From assembly GCA_013239625.1 (NCBI GenBank), contig MU056000.1, positions 9,246,232 through 9,310,231 on the forward strand: DNA of 64,000 nucleotides. The letters run 5' to 3'. Shown in pieces: positions 10,791 through 23,302 of this stretch. The translations under genes were made by a program, and so were the position numbers. Every line of letters starts with the position of its first letter. The first letter of the stretch is position 1. The notes under the pieces were generated by a model. The model did no database searches. It was not told the DNA's origin and worked only from the letters and a program-made list of their open reading frames with translations. This DNA is from Lama guanicoe (taxonomy: Eukaryota).

Positions 10791-13671
10791 TATTGTTATT
10801 TTCTTTCATATGGTTTTCTGCATTTCTTTTGTTTTGAACAATTATTTTACATTTAAATTTTAAAAAGTTGTTTCAACTCTCAACATCAATATAACATTCT
10901 TTGAAGGATAGTTTTGATTGTTATAAAACAACAAAGCAACAGCAACAAGAACGTTAATATTCTTGCCATCTAAATATCTGGCAGAGCCAGTGGCAAATAG
11001 AATCAGTCCCTTTCTCTGTGACTCGACAAATAAATGACATTTTGTATTCCATTCTGCTAGCTGTTTTCCCATAAATTTAAAGCAACATAATAGCAGCATG
11101 CTTGCTGTATTGATTTTACAACCTTGAAGGTGTTTTTAATCTTGGAAAAAGTAAACCTTCATTAACAAGTTGTCACTTTCACAGCAAATAATTCTAAGCT
11201 ACAGGATTTCACTAGGAAAGGAAAACATCCATTTCCAATAATACAGCGTGATTAAAATATTCTTTATTTAGCCTGATGCATTTTGATTTTCTAAAAGTGT
11301 AACATTTAGGTATTTAAGAATTTCATTTGTTTACATTCTATTCTATTTGGGGGTTATTTATTTGAAGTTCATGTTCACCTATATATGCTCACTGAAGAAA
11401 AAAAAAGAAAATGATGCCTTTTATCTTAATGCATCAAGAAAAGAAACAGTAATAACATAAATAAGGGGGGAAGGGCAGAGTTACAGAAATAAAAGATGCA
11501 TTAAAGTGTAACTTCAAAGGGTCAAGTCAATTAGTCCTTTCTGCCTTAGATATGCTATAAAATACTAATGATCTAAAGAAAGCTCTCTCTAATTCCATCT
11601 TTTGTTTTGTTTTGTTTTCAGCTTTAACCATATGTCTGTCTGACTCGAGTAAAATCAGGCATCTCTTGGGCCCCAGGTAACATGATTCATCAGTGTTTTG
11701 CACTTACACTTAAATGTACTATGACTGGATGGAAAAAGTGCTAAAATCAGCCTTGCCTTAATGGTTTTGATTCAAAGACCAAAAAAAGAAAAAAAAAAAA
11801 GTATTCGTCCCACCATGAAAAGTGAATACCTCCTACGAGGCTGAAATTCACTCCTGTCATCAGACATAGTTCAGGATACCAAAGCCGTTGTTGTTAATAA
11901 TTCTCCCTATCCTAGAATTCTGGAAAATAAAATCACAATTATAAAATTATATTGGATCCTGAATATTGGATTCGTAATATTACGATCAGTAATAGAGTTT
12001 CAGTCTCGCTCCATGGTATAAATGAAATTTAATCCAAAATTATCTTTGGAAGGCAACTTTTTGAAAGCGCTTAACTGTGCGTTTATTTCTACTCACTGTG
12101 AGCCAGGTAACTGGGCAGCCATTCCACATTCCACTCTAGGGAGAAAGGTAGAGAAAATCCTCTTTGAAGATGTAGAAGCTAGGACACGCCAGACCAAAAG
12201 ATAACATGGTAACAGGGAGAGAACCACAGTGGCCAAAAAAGCAGACATGCAAACAAAGCTCTCCAAGCTGTGGTCCTCGATGGTGAAAAAAAAGATGAAA
12301 GAAAAGCAAACAATGGAGGTGGTGAGAGCCTGAGGGTCCCCTATTCCCTTTACCCCATTGCCCACTCGCATGTGTACATTTTCTATTTCGAACTTCCCAA
12401 AACAGCTATAGGAAGTCAAGTTGGCCAGGAGCCTGGACTAACCTGGCAGAAGAAGTACGTGATTTGTGCTTCCAAGAATCTTCCTTGGGTTCCATATAGA
12501 GAGGAAGACATCCAGGAGCTGCCTTCCCCCGTCACCATGAAAGGGGGGCTCACCGAAGAGGTCACTGTGGCTGAGTTTGGGAGAACTGATACCCAGGGCA
12601 GCAAGACCAGAAGTGAAAAGCATGTCCAAGGCCAGCGATGCCAACTGTTCCCTTGGTAAGAGACAGACGGCAAAAGGAAATCTGACGAGCCAAGCCATCT
12701 GAAAGAGACTGAGTCAGTTAGTGGAACCAATTCAGCTTACTGAAGTAGATATTTTTTTTTTTGCACCAGTTTGGGGAATTGGTACTTGGGATGGAGTACA
12801 GATAATTAAATGGACATTTAAAGTGGCATCTTTTTTGTGTGAGTGCAGTGTATATATTTGTCATCACACTACTTTCCAAGGAAAGACTTGCTCGTAATTT
12901 TCCTGGGAATAAAATTACAAATTCTAGACCATCTGTGTACCACTTGAGGATGTGAAAGAGTTGGTGAAGATGAGACAGATTCAAATAATTCTAGTTAGTT
13001 GTGTGAATAAAATAAATGTGTGGATAAGAATTTTAATTTCTAATACTTTGGACCGACCCACCTATGTTGTGAATCAGCTCAAATAACTTACGAAGACACT
13101 GCCATTTTGACTAACAGAAAAATACATTTGAGATGTTTTTAACTAAGCCTGAAGGAAAAGGTTCTCTGTTGTATCTTAATGTTCTTGGACTTTATATTTG
13201 TTTTTAATCAGTCACTGGAAGAACATAATGGGATAATTATTTTGTCAAATAGAGGACATGGCTATTTTAGTAAAAAAACAAGAAAGAACAAAGAGAAAAA
13301 TGGGGAAAACATTCAAAATTTAGTTTTTATTCATTTGCAAGCATTGCTTATCGGTATTCATATAGATGTATTTCATGCCTACTGCTGGTAAGGAAGGAAA
13401 ATATTTCTGGGATTTTAACTCTATGTAAGATTGAAATAACGTTTCTTAAAAACAATTATGACTATATTATGATCCCAGAATTTGGGTGCTGTGCTTTCAT
13501 GTGTCATTCATAGAAACAGTTTTAATTAACCAAATACTCCTTTCCCCTCCTAGAATAGTTTGTATCTAACAATTCATGCTGATAAATGATAATCTAGAAT
13601 AATTGGGAGGCATATACAATAAAAATTAAACCATGGGGACCTACTTTATAACCCTTACTTTCCATGTTTCA

Positions 13672-13697
13672 GTGTGTGTGTGTGTGTGTGTGTGTGT
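13672..13697. repeat. (GT)13 microsatellite
   Basis: Direct reading. Confidence 0.95.
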
Positions 13698-14354
13698 TGT
13701 GGAGATACAGAAATGTCAAACAGTAAATACTATACATAACTTTCAGTTCTTCACTCCTTATAAGTCTTGACCTTCCTAAAATCTCACTACACACATGAAG
13801 ATTGAATGCTCAGAAAAATGATATATTTCATAAGGAAGAATACATAAGGAAAAAATTATATCAGGAAAATAACCCACATGATCTAATGAACTATGTCTAT
13901 TTGTAAAGGAAAAAAACCCTAATACAGTTTAGCACTTTGAATTGAAAGAGCAGTTTTACAAATGAGAAGTGTGCATAACGTGTTACTTCTGAACTTGGCC
14001 AGCTTCTCTCTGCTATTCAGTATTTTGTTGAAACTTACCATATTTGTTTCCTTTCATATTTGTTATAAAAATTAGAAGAGGACCCAAAGGCACTACAAAT
14101 GAATAAAGGCAGATTAGATAAGGATGAAAACAATGTTTTATTGCTCTGAAAGCATACTCCTTAACTTTTACATCAAAAAGGAAACTGCTTTGACATTGAC
14201 CGATATTTTTTCAAACCTGGAGCCTGAAGAGAAACAGAAGAAACAAATTTTTTTAATTCCGAATTTTATGCTTTACTTCTTTGTTTGCTTGTGGTTTTAG
14301 GTATAAAGCTAGCAGGCAGTGATGATTTGAAAAGAAAACAAAATTTAGCTAAGA

Positions 14355-14545
14355 TGGCATTGGATTTCAATTCTAACATTGCCAATTACTAGCTAGTGAA
14401 CCTTGAGACAAGTATGTTATACAGTTTTCTCATCAATGGAAGATATAATGTATGCCTTTCTGTGTTAAGTAGGTGCTAAATGTAATCGTAGGTATCAAGC
14501 ATATGGGCAGTATTCCCAAATAGCAGCCTACTCTACATACAAATA
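14355..14545 (+). mobile_element. MIR SINE
   Basis: ggatttcaattctaacattgccaattactagctagtgaaccttgagacaagt...cagttttctcatcaatggaa. Confidence 0.7.
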
Positions 14546-14709
14546 TACAGTGTGCTTTTCTCGTTTATCTCCACCTTAGAATAGAAAAGTGATTGTCACC
14601 TTTTCCCTGCCTCAGAATTCTTGGAGAATTTATAAATAATTTAGATGCAAGGAGCCCAAATCTGATGATCTGATATACTGATTCAGTTGGTGCTGTGTTG
14701 TTGACCTGG

Positions 14710-14711
<2 letters not shown>

Positions 14712-14740
<29 letters not shown>
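14712..14740. repeat. (AC)14 microsatellite at the tail end of an antisense L1ME
   Basis: Direct reading. Confidence 0.95.
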
Positions 14741-14741
<1 letters not shown>

Positions 14742-14744
14742 TGT

Positions 14745-15960
14745 AGTGAGCACACCTATGTAATGAGCATCCACATCCAGACACAGTATGTTACCAGGAC
14801 CCCAGAAGCTCCACCTGTGCTCTTTTCCAGGCACATCCCCCAAGGACAACAGCTAAAGGGATGTCTAACAACAGAGATTACTTTTGTCCAGTTTTGTGTT
14901 TGTTTCAATGTTATATTTGTGAGAGTTATCCATGCGGTTGTGTATAACTGTAGATAATGTATCTATTAATTGTATCTAATTAAACTACTTGTATATAATA
15001 GCAATGCATTCTCTAAATACATCGTTACCACTTTATTCATTCTCTTCTTGAGGATCATATGGGTAATTTCTAGATTTTGACTAATAAGAGTAGGGCTGCT
15101 ATTCCATAAACACACATGACATTTTATAAACGTGTATCTGTTAGATATTTTCTGAGGAATAGAATTGCCAAGTTCTCTGGTATTCATAAGGTCACATGTA
15201 GTAGAAACTAATATTTTCCAAATTGTTTGGCTCAGGTTACCTTCTCAGTAACACTACATGAGAGGGCCAAGGATGCCCCATTTCTTCTAACACTCGTATT
15301 TTTCACAGTTTTTAATTTTAGCCATTGAAATGGGAGCATAATGATGTCATACTGAGGTTTTAATTTGCATTCTTGATTTATAAAACTTAGCGACTTTCAT
15401 GGTTTGAATGCCTTTTTACAGTCTTTACTCAAGTCTGTTTGCCTTATTTTCTACTGTTTTGGATTTTTATTTCTTCTTATTAACATTATATAGTCTGGGG
15501 CTAAGGTGTTGTTTTTGTCAGATACTTGTATTATCAGTAACCTATCTTCCTCTAAGCATGGCCTTTTTAACCTCATAATGCTGTACATTGACACAGGTTT
15601 TCTTAATTTTAGTTTATCAGTTAGAGTTATCATTTTTCTCTTGCTGCTAGTGCTCTTTGTGCCCTCTTTAAGAAATATCTGCCTACTCTAAGATAAAAGA
15701 TTTTATGTGTTTTCTTATCAAAACTTTATCATTTTTTTTGAAGTTAGATTTGAAATCTAACAGGAATTGACTTTTCGTCTGCTGATTTGTTTCTGGATCC
15801 TCTATTCCATTGCATTGGATGCTTGTCTTACATAATACAAGACTGCTCTAATGGCTCTAGCTCTATAAAGGTCTTAAGATCTGATTGCAAAACCTCCAAC
15901 TATTTTAGTTTTTTCACTTGCATTGTGTATTTGTGGCTCTCTGCTCGTCTATATCAAGTA
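14745..15960 (-). mobile_element. Old L1 (L1ME-like) 3' region
   Basis: acacctatgtaatgagcatccacatccagacacagtatgttaccaggaccccagaagctcc...gttatccatgcggttgtgtataactgtag...gttttaatttgcatt...ttgtttctggatcctctattccattg. Confidence 0.8.
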
Positions 15961-15964
15961 CTTC

Positions 15965-16190
15965 AATGTACCCCACTGATTCAGAGGTGCCACTGGGAGC
16001 ATAAAATCCCCTGTATTTCTGACCTGTTTATGTATATGCCTGCCCAGCTGTCTATGGCTTTGGAGATAGCCCTAGCTCAGTAAAACAAGGCTGCCTATTC
16101 TTAATGTTGGAAACTAGCAAAGTAAACAGAATTTCCCAATAGAGCTGCCCTGAAGAGAGCTGGGCCAAGGGCACATGACATAGTGCAACA
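15965..16190 (-). mobile_element. Probable ERVL LTR fragment (LTR33/LTR16-like)
   Basis: Reverse complement starts tgttgcactatgtcatgtgcccttggcccagctctcttcaggg, resembling the recalled 5' ends of old ERVL LTRs. Confidence 0.45.
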
Positions 16191-16249
16191 AAGATGCTTT
16201 CGTAGTATATATTTCTTTTGTCTCCTCCTTTGACTATAAGCCTCATGAA

Positions 16250-16355
16250 CATCTTTAATATGCTCAATATTATACCAGCAAGTACTATAAAACTTAGCAA
16301 ACGGTAGATCCTCAATTAAGATGGATTGAATGTATGACTGAATGAATTCATTCAT
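16250..16355 (+). mobile_element. L2 3' end
   Basis: cttagcaaacggtagatcctcaattaagatggattgaatgtatgactgaatgaat. Confidence 0.55.
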
Positions 16356-17659
16356 TGTGTGAATAAGCATGTCTTCCCTTGGAAACACCATGTTAACAAG
16401 ATTATTAAATAATCAAGTGTAATCTCTCTTTCAGGTAAATATTAACATCTTATTAAGTGAAGAGTTAATAGTGGTCTGATGAATTCCATTGGCTTATCCC
16501 CAGTGACATTTTTCGTCTTGTCAGTGTGTTGGTGAAAATGTAAATAGGGCTGTCTGATGAAATGGCGCTTAAGTGTTAGCCTTGAGAGTCATAGCCAGAA
16601 TCTGTTTCCTCTCTCACAAATTACAGTTCACGATACTGATTGAAACGTGAAATATTTGATACGGTCTAGTCGCCCAAATGGTACCTAGTAGTAATAGTAA
16701 AATATAGATGGTTTCCACGTAATTAAGTAGTAGAGCTTCATAATAAATTACTTTGTATCACTGACTATGGGTAAATGAGCTTATGGTATTGACTCTGTCT
16801 AGAGGATTTGAGATAGTTCTACACTAAGACTTGGTGTCTCATACAGTAGGCTACACTTTAAACCAAAACTCACCGTTGTCAAGCTATTATCTAAACCACT
16901 GTTTAGATACTCAAATTCATATCTAAATTAGTAACAGAATTAAAGAAGGAAAATGTTATAAGTAATTTTAACATTTCACAGGCACTCACACACAAATACA
17001 CACAAGTGAAGAATGATTGTGATGGAAGTAGTCCAGTCAATATACTGAAATATGCAAGTCGCAATCTTGCTTGATTTGGACTTTAATTTCATATCACTAG
17101 TTAATATACCAAATATTCTCGGTTCAATCTTAATTCTAGGCACATACAGAATTACTTTCTAGAAGTCTTACCAATCATCTCTACTTTCAGCTCTTTGATA
17201 AATGCATTGAATTTCCAGTTCAGTGTATATATAATTTTGGAAGGTGTCACACAAAGACCCTAATTCATTCATCTTTAATTCAAGAATGGAAAGTTCAGTT
17301 GTAGTAGCAAGCGACTGGAATTTATGATGTGAAGATGGATTAGTTGTGTCTCATCTTGAAATGGCATTGAACTTTATTCACCCTTACAAGCATCTCTACT
17401 TGCTCACAAATGTGAACCAGTCACATATCTCTTCTTTGACAACAAGGGAGAATGAAATACAGCAATAATCGTAATGTGCATGCAGCATCTGTTGCTTCTG
17501 AGCCAAGAAACACATACATAAAGCAAGCCTCCTCTCGGGGGGTTCTTTCTTGCAGCCTTCTCTCGTAAGCTTCCAGAACTTCAGAGTTTGATTAGCGCCA
17601 GTATATTTCAACCTACTTTTCATCATTCATGAATGGCCACTTGTTCTTTACTAACATGC

Positions 17660-18095
17660 ATCTATTATAATTCATATTACTGAGAAATGAACATTAAGTG
17701 ATTTCCAGTAATACTCCCCATCCATGATCATATAATTTTATGCATATGTAAGTATTTTGAAAGAGAGATTTCTAGAATTGGGATTTCTGACTGAAAATGT
17801 TCATTAATTTATAATTGTAATACAAGTCTCCATATTTTCTCAGAAAAAAAGACTTTGTTCATGTGTTCATTTGCCAAGAATAGATGAAATTCTCATTTCC
17901 CCAAAACCTTTCCAATACCAGGTATTGCTGAGCTCATATAAAATGTCTGTAAAATGATAGGTTAAATTATTTTAAAATAATTTAAAATATTTTAATTCAG
18001 TTGATTAATTCTGAGCTTTAGTACATTAAAAAATATTATTAGTGGTTATTGTGACTGTTCAGTGTAAACCCCATTGATTGTCATGGCCTTTTTAC
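17660..18095 (-). mobile_element. Old L1 (L1ME-like) fragment
   Basis: agatttctagaattgggatttctgactgaaaa...ctcatttccccaaaacctttccaatacc. Confidence 0.55.
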
Positions 18096-18539
18096 AGATG
18101 GTAAAGTATAGTATATGTACGTCCTCAGTACCTATTATAGCTCCATCAGTTTCCTTTGCTGGATGTTACTTAGTTCAGATTCTCAGCACTTCCTCTACTC
18201 TTTACCTGTCACTTCTGCCTTCTCTATGGTGTCCTGACTGCTGTTGTCCAAAACTAGGAATTATAGCAAGATGGTAATATAAAATGTTATCTCTAAAAAC
18301 TCTCCTCCTGATTTCCCATCAAATTATCAAAAGATGCTTTTGACATACCAGAAACTTCAACATTTTAGCCAAATATAGTACAGGGAGGATCATATTAATC
18401 AAAGAATAGTCATCTGGTTCTTTTGTTTTACTCTGACAACATAACCTAGACATGTTTAAAGGAAATTAATATAGAATCCCTGAGGGGGATGGATGGGAAA
18501 AAAGATAGGATTCTAGAGCACTTGGAGGGCACTTTATTC

Positions 18540-19930
18540 CCTCTAATGCCACTAGCTGCCCCTATTCACACATAGCTTCCCTCATTATCAACGTCCCTCA
18601 ACAGAGTGTTACATTGATTAAAATTGATAAACCTACATTGAGATATAATTATCACCCCAAATCTATAGTTGACTTTTAGTGTTGCACATTTTATGGGTTT
18701 AGACAAATGTGAAATAACAATTATTTTTTGAGTTGAAGTATAGTCAGTTACAATGTGTCAATTTCTGGTTTACAGCACAATGTCCCAGTCGTGCACATAT
18801 ATACATATATGTGTTTTCATATTTTTTTAAATTAAAGGTTATTACTATTACAAGATATTCAATACAGTTCCCTGTGTTATACAGAAGAAATTTGTTTTTA
18901 TCTTTTTTTATATATAGTGGCTAACATTTGTAAATCTCAAACTCTCAAATTTATCCCTTCCCACCCCTTTTACCCCAGTAACCATAACATTTTTTTACTA
19001 TGTCTGCAAGTTTGTTTTTTTTGTAGATGAGTTCATTTTTGTAGAGGATGAGTGTCCTCTTTTTTCCTTTTAAAACGACAGGTATTGACTATTACAGTAC
19101 CATACAGAGTAATTTCACTGCCCTAAAGATCCTGTGTGCGCCCCACACTCATCCCTCCCCACCCCATCCAATCCTTGGCAACCCTCCCCATAGTTTTGCC
19201 TTTTCAAGAATGTCATGTAGTTGAAATCATCTAGTTTGTAGCCTTTTCAGATTGGCTTCTTTATTTAGTAATATGGATTTAGATGCCCTTAATATCTTTC
19301 ATGGTTTGATTGCTCATGTCTTTTTAGCACTGAATAAGATGTTGTCTGAATGTACCACGTATTATTTATCCACTTGCCTACTGAAAGGCATCTTCATTGC
19401 TTCCAAGTTTTGGTAATTATGAATAACGCTGCTAAAAATATCAATGTGAACATATGTGGACATGAGTTTTCAACTCCCTTAGGCAAGTACCAAACTGCTG
19501 AATCCTATGGTAGGAGTATGTTTAGTTTTGTAAGAAACTGCCAAACTGTCTTCTAAAGTGGCTGTACTCTTTTACATTCCCACCAGCAATTCCCACCTGT
19601 TGCTCCACAAACTCACCAGTATTTCGTATTGTCAGTGTTCCATGGCCATTCTAAGAGGCGTGCAGTTGTATCTCTTTGTTTTTTGAATTTGCGTTTCCCT
19701 GATGACACTTGATATGGAGCATATTTTCTTGTGTTTATTTGCCATCTGTGAGTTTTCTTTGGTGAGGAGTCAGATAAGGTCTTTGGCTCATTTTTCAATT
19801 CAGTTATTTTTCTTAGTATTGAGTTTCAAGAGTTTTTTTCATATTTTGGATAACAGTCCCTTATCAGTTGTGTCTTTTGCAAATATTTTATCCAAGTCTG
19901 TGGCTTATCATGTCATCCTGTTGATTATTT
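18540..19930 (-). mobile_element. L1MC-like 3' region, interrupted by a younger L1 at 18721-19071
   Basis: catacagagtaatttcactgccctaaa...ttttgccttttcaagaatgtcatgtagttgaaatcat...gccttttcagattggcttct...tatgtttagttttgtaagaaactgccaaactgtcttc. Confidence 0.9.
18721..19071 (-). mobile_element. Young (camelid-type) 5'-truncated L1 3'UTR nested in L1MC
   Basis: gttgaagtatagtcagttacaatgtgtcaatttctggt...attacaagatattcaatacagttccctgtg...atttatcccttcccacccc; degenerate flanking repeat gaaataaca / aaaacgaca. Confidence 0.9.
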
Positions 19931-20472
19931 TTTGATATAAGTAACAAAGTAGATTGGAAATACTACCCCAGGCCATTGTAATCATTGTATAACATGTAGA
20001 ATTTCTAGACAATGCAATAACAAGAAAAATTAGCAAAATACTACAAAACAATAACAAAGTGATGCCTTGAATCAATGAATGCATGCGATGAAAACTAGGG
20101 AAAATAAAATAAACCACAACAGGAACTGCTCTGCACTTCAGTGTCTTTACCATATGAAGAAGTCTGTTCTTTATCATTAGAGTATTAGCTAGTGTGAACT
20201 TTAAATAAATGTGATGTGCATGCTTCTACAGTTGAGAAAAATCATTCCGTTTTGTATGCTAGATGTAAACAAGAAAAGAATGGAGGCAATTAGGAAAGTT
20301 AGAAGAGCATCCACATAATTAATTTGAGTTTTAATTATAGTTTAAGTGAAGGCAGTAGCTGTGCGGATGATTTAAAAGATAGAGAAATTTAAAAATAGTA
20401 AGAGCCTTTGTATTGAATGATTTTAATTATTGGTAAATAGAAATGAAGTTTAAAAAAGGATGGAAGGGAATA

Positions 20473-20556
20473 AGAAAGAAAGGAAGAAAAAAGAAAGAAA
20501 AGAAAAGAAAGAGAAAGAAAGAAAGAAAAGAAAGAAAGAAAAAGAAAGAAAGATGA

Positions 20557-20604
<48 letters not shown>

Positions 20605-20641
20605 AGGAAAGGAAGGAAGGAAGGAAGGAAAGAAGGAAGGG
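20473..20641. repeat. Compound (GAAA)n/(GGAA)n purine microsatellite
   Basis: About 170 bp almost free of pyrimidines; explains the K/E/R-rich ORF 20460-20702. Confidence 0.95.
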
Positions 20642-20894
20642 ATTAAAAATCTGCCCTATTATTTTTCTCAGGCATTTGGGAGGATGGTATTTTCAGCTGT
20701 AGGGATAAGATGGAAAAAGAAAACAATTTAAATGACGCTGATGAGTTAAACGTGGACATGATGAACTTGATATTCTTGTGTAATATCACAGAAAGAATGT
20801 TAATGAGTAGCTATATATCTGAGATAAATATGGAGATATGGGAGTTATCAGAATAGATATAATATTAATACCCACATGGAACAATTGCTGGATA

Positions 20895-21125
20895 ACAAAC
20901 ACTGCTCTAGGTGATACTTTAATCTCTGTGACAACTGAATGAGGTGGAATAATAATACCTGGTTTTCGTATGTCAGAACATAAAACTGAGACACAAAGGG
21001 TTAAATGCCTTGCCCAAGGTCACAAATTTTGTCAATAGTGGTGCTGAGGTTTGTTTAAAAAAAAAAAAAAGCCAAGCAATTTGCAGCAGGACCTAGGCTT
21101 TGAAACACAGCATTACATACTGCTC
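20895..21125 (-). mobile_element. MIR SINE
   Basis: aaactgagacacaaagggttaaatgccttgcccaaggtcaca (MIR core). Confidence 0.8.
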
Positions 21126-21237
21126 CTTATGAGATGGTAACTTAAATATTGGAATAGGTGTTATCAACCAGGAATAACTTCTAAAATGGCAATAAACTGG
21201 TCTGAGAACTAAATCTTATGGGGAAAATCAACATTAA

Positions 21238-21591
21238 AAAAGCCAAACTCATAGAAACAGAAGGCAGAGTGGTAGTTTCCAGAAGTTAGGGGAGGAAGGA
21301 ATGAGGAGATGTTGGTCAAAGGTGCAAACACCAGTTATAAAATGAATGAGTTCTGGCGATCTGCTGTATGCCATGGAGACTAATAGTTAACAATATTGCA
21401 TCGTATACTAGAAAGTTGCTAAGACAGTGTTTTTACCACCCAAAAAGGAGGTAGTTATGTGAGGTGATGAATGTGTTAATGAACCTTATTCACATAACCA
21501 TTCCATAATATGTGCAGGTACCATCACACTATACACCTTATAACATTACATAATGTTATATGTAAATTTTATCTCAATACAGCTGGAAAAA
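21238..21591 (+). mobile_element. L1 3' end (L1MA/L1MB-type)
   Basis: aaactcatagaaacagaaggcagagtggtagtttccaga...gaaagttgctaagacagt...aaattttatctcaatacagctggaaaa. Confidence 0.88.
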
Positions 21592-23302
21592 TATTGGCAG
21601 TGAAAAAGGAGACTGGGAAGGAAGTAGAAATAGGGCCACCTAAAGGCAAGGTGACCATGGAGGGGAGGGCCAAAGTACTCAAGAGAACTGAGCTTCTCGG
21701 GAACAAGAGAATGGTGGGCTAACAGCGTGAAAGCCACCTAAAGTGACATGGAATATAAGAATAAAAAAATATTGACTGTGTTTTAGCAATTACGAAGTTC
21801 ACTGTCGATATTGCTGTTAGAACTGCAACAAGGTGCAGAGTTGAATGGTTTGGAAAGTATAGGGAAGAAACATGAGACAGGAACTCAGGAGAAGTGGTGG
21901 CTTGTCTTTTCATGAATTTCAGATGTATCCTTAAAGATATCAATTAACTTTTTCAAGTTCTGCAAACAATACATTTTGTGGTAAAATGGGTGCAATCCTC
22001 ATTGTTCTAATAACCCATATAATTATATTCTAAAAATATATACTTCTTTATTGCTATTATGGGTTGAAATATACCTTCACTAAAACATACTAGAGGCTAA
22101 GGGGCAGGGGTTGAGTGAAGATGTTTTCTGTATTTGCACCACTTGGAAACACAAACCACTTGGTGCTTTAAGGAAAAAAAGGCCAATTTTGTTTTGTTGT
22201 TTCCAAATTTCATTGTAAGTGGTCTGTACAGAAATAACAGATGCTCCTTTTAACTGGATGTATTCTCTGCAAGACAATAGCTAAGAAAATTGTAACTTGT
22301 ACTTTTCAAGGATAATAAAATAGCACATTAGTGTAAATGAAAATTACTAGTGATCAGAAACAAACACTAAAATTTACCATTTATTGATACATTTCTGGAT
22401 CAGCATTCTTGCATTTCAAAGGCAAATGAACCTACATCTATGAAAAATATTCTGACATCATTAAAGCATTATAAAATGTTTTTGAATGTCTGTTCCTTTT
22501 ATTGCTTCTTCCTCAAAATAATATGTTTACAGACTGACATTTTTGTGCCCATGTTGCAGTAACTTTGAGACCAGGAAGTATGCACTTCACACAACTTTCT
22601 AAATGAATTTCATAAACACAAATCCTAAGGGCAGAAAGGATCTGAAGCACCCCCTAATCTATAAATCAGTTTTGATGTTCCAATAAGTATATGTTTCTCA
22701 TGAAAACACTAGTGGCCTAAAAACTATCTCTCTTAGAGTAATTCTACACAAAAGCCTTTGAAATTGAACATGATGAAAAACTCAGAAATACATTAAAAAA
22801 TAAATTTGATTAAATTTAGCCAACATCTGTTACACAGGTACCAAATGCTGTTCCAGGCCTGCCTTTAGTTCCAAACCAATAGAAATAATCAGACAAGAAG
22901 CAATTAAATATAAAATAATGCAATGAAAACATAATCGAACTATCTAGGATCTGCTATGGAATGTAAATCAATTTACTCATATAAATTCGCTGGGAAATTT
23001 CTCCAAAAATTGTATGATTTTATGGTGTATATAAAATAATTTTATCTATATTACCTGCTTTCAAGGATAGCTTTCTTGGCTTAGCAGCTGATAATGAAAA
23101 TTTGTGGCATTGATTTGGAGTTTGGGACCCAGAGTAATTTTAAGAGTTTTTGAAGATTATTCTCTCACTTCCAGAAGACTGCTCATGGACAGCAGCTGCT
23201 GCTGCAGCCAGTGCTCCTCACTCTGTAGAAATGATGACATCTGAACTAGACCCACGTTTTCACAAGTGCATCAGGATATGTAGCATTTCACTCTCTGCAA
23301 CA

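Larger units (their letters stand above)
20270..21900 (-). mobile_element. Fragmented L2 split by a microsatellite, a MIR and an L1
   Basis: gatgagttaaacgtggacatgatgaacttgatattcttgtg...ggagatatgggagttatcag...gagaactaaatcttatggggaaaatcaacatta...aaggagactgggaagga, the purine-rich antisense L2 pattern. Confidence 0.65.

Noticed and set aside
11972..11985. 14-bp perfect palindrome tcgtaatattacga (also short stems at 16888-16909 and about 46394-46410)
   Set aside because: Arms of 7-9 bp are expected by chance in 64 kb of AT-rich DNA.
17396..17626. Minus-strand peptide EVLEAYERRLQERTPREE as a coding exon
   Set aside because: In-frame stop immediately upstream, no convincing acceptor, and no recognised homology.
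20460..20702. K/E/R-rich 80-aa ORF (also 44167-44376 and 30958-31194)
   Set aside because: Translation of purine or pyrimidine microsatellites.
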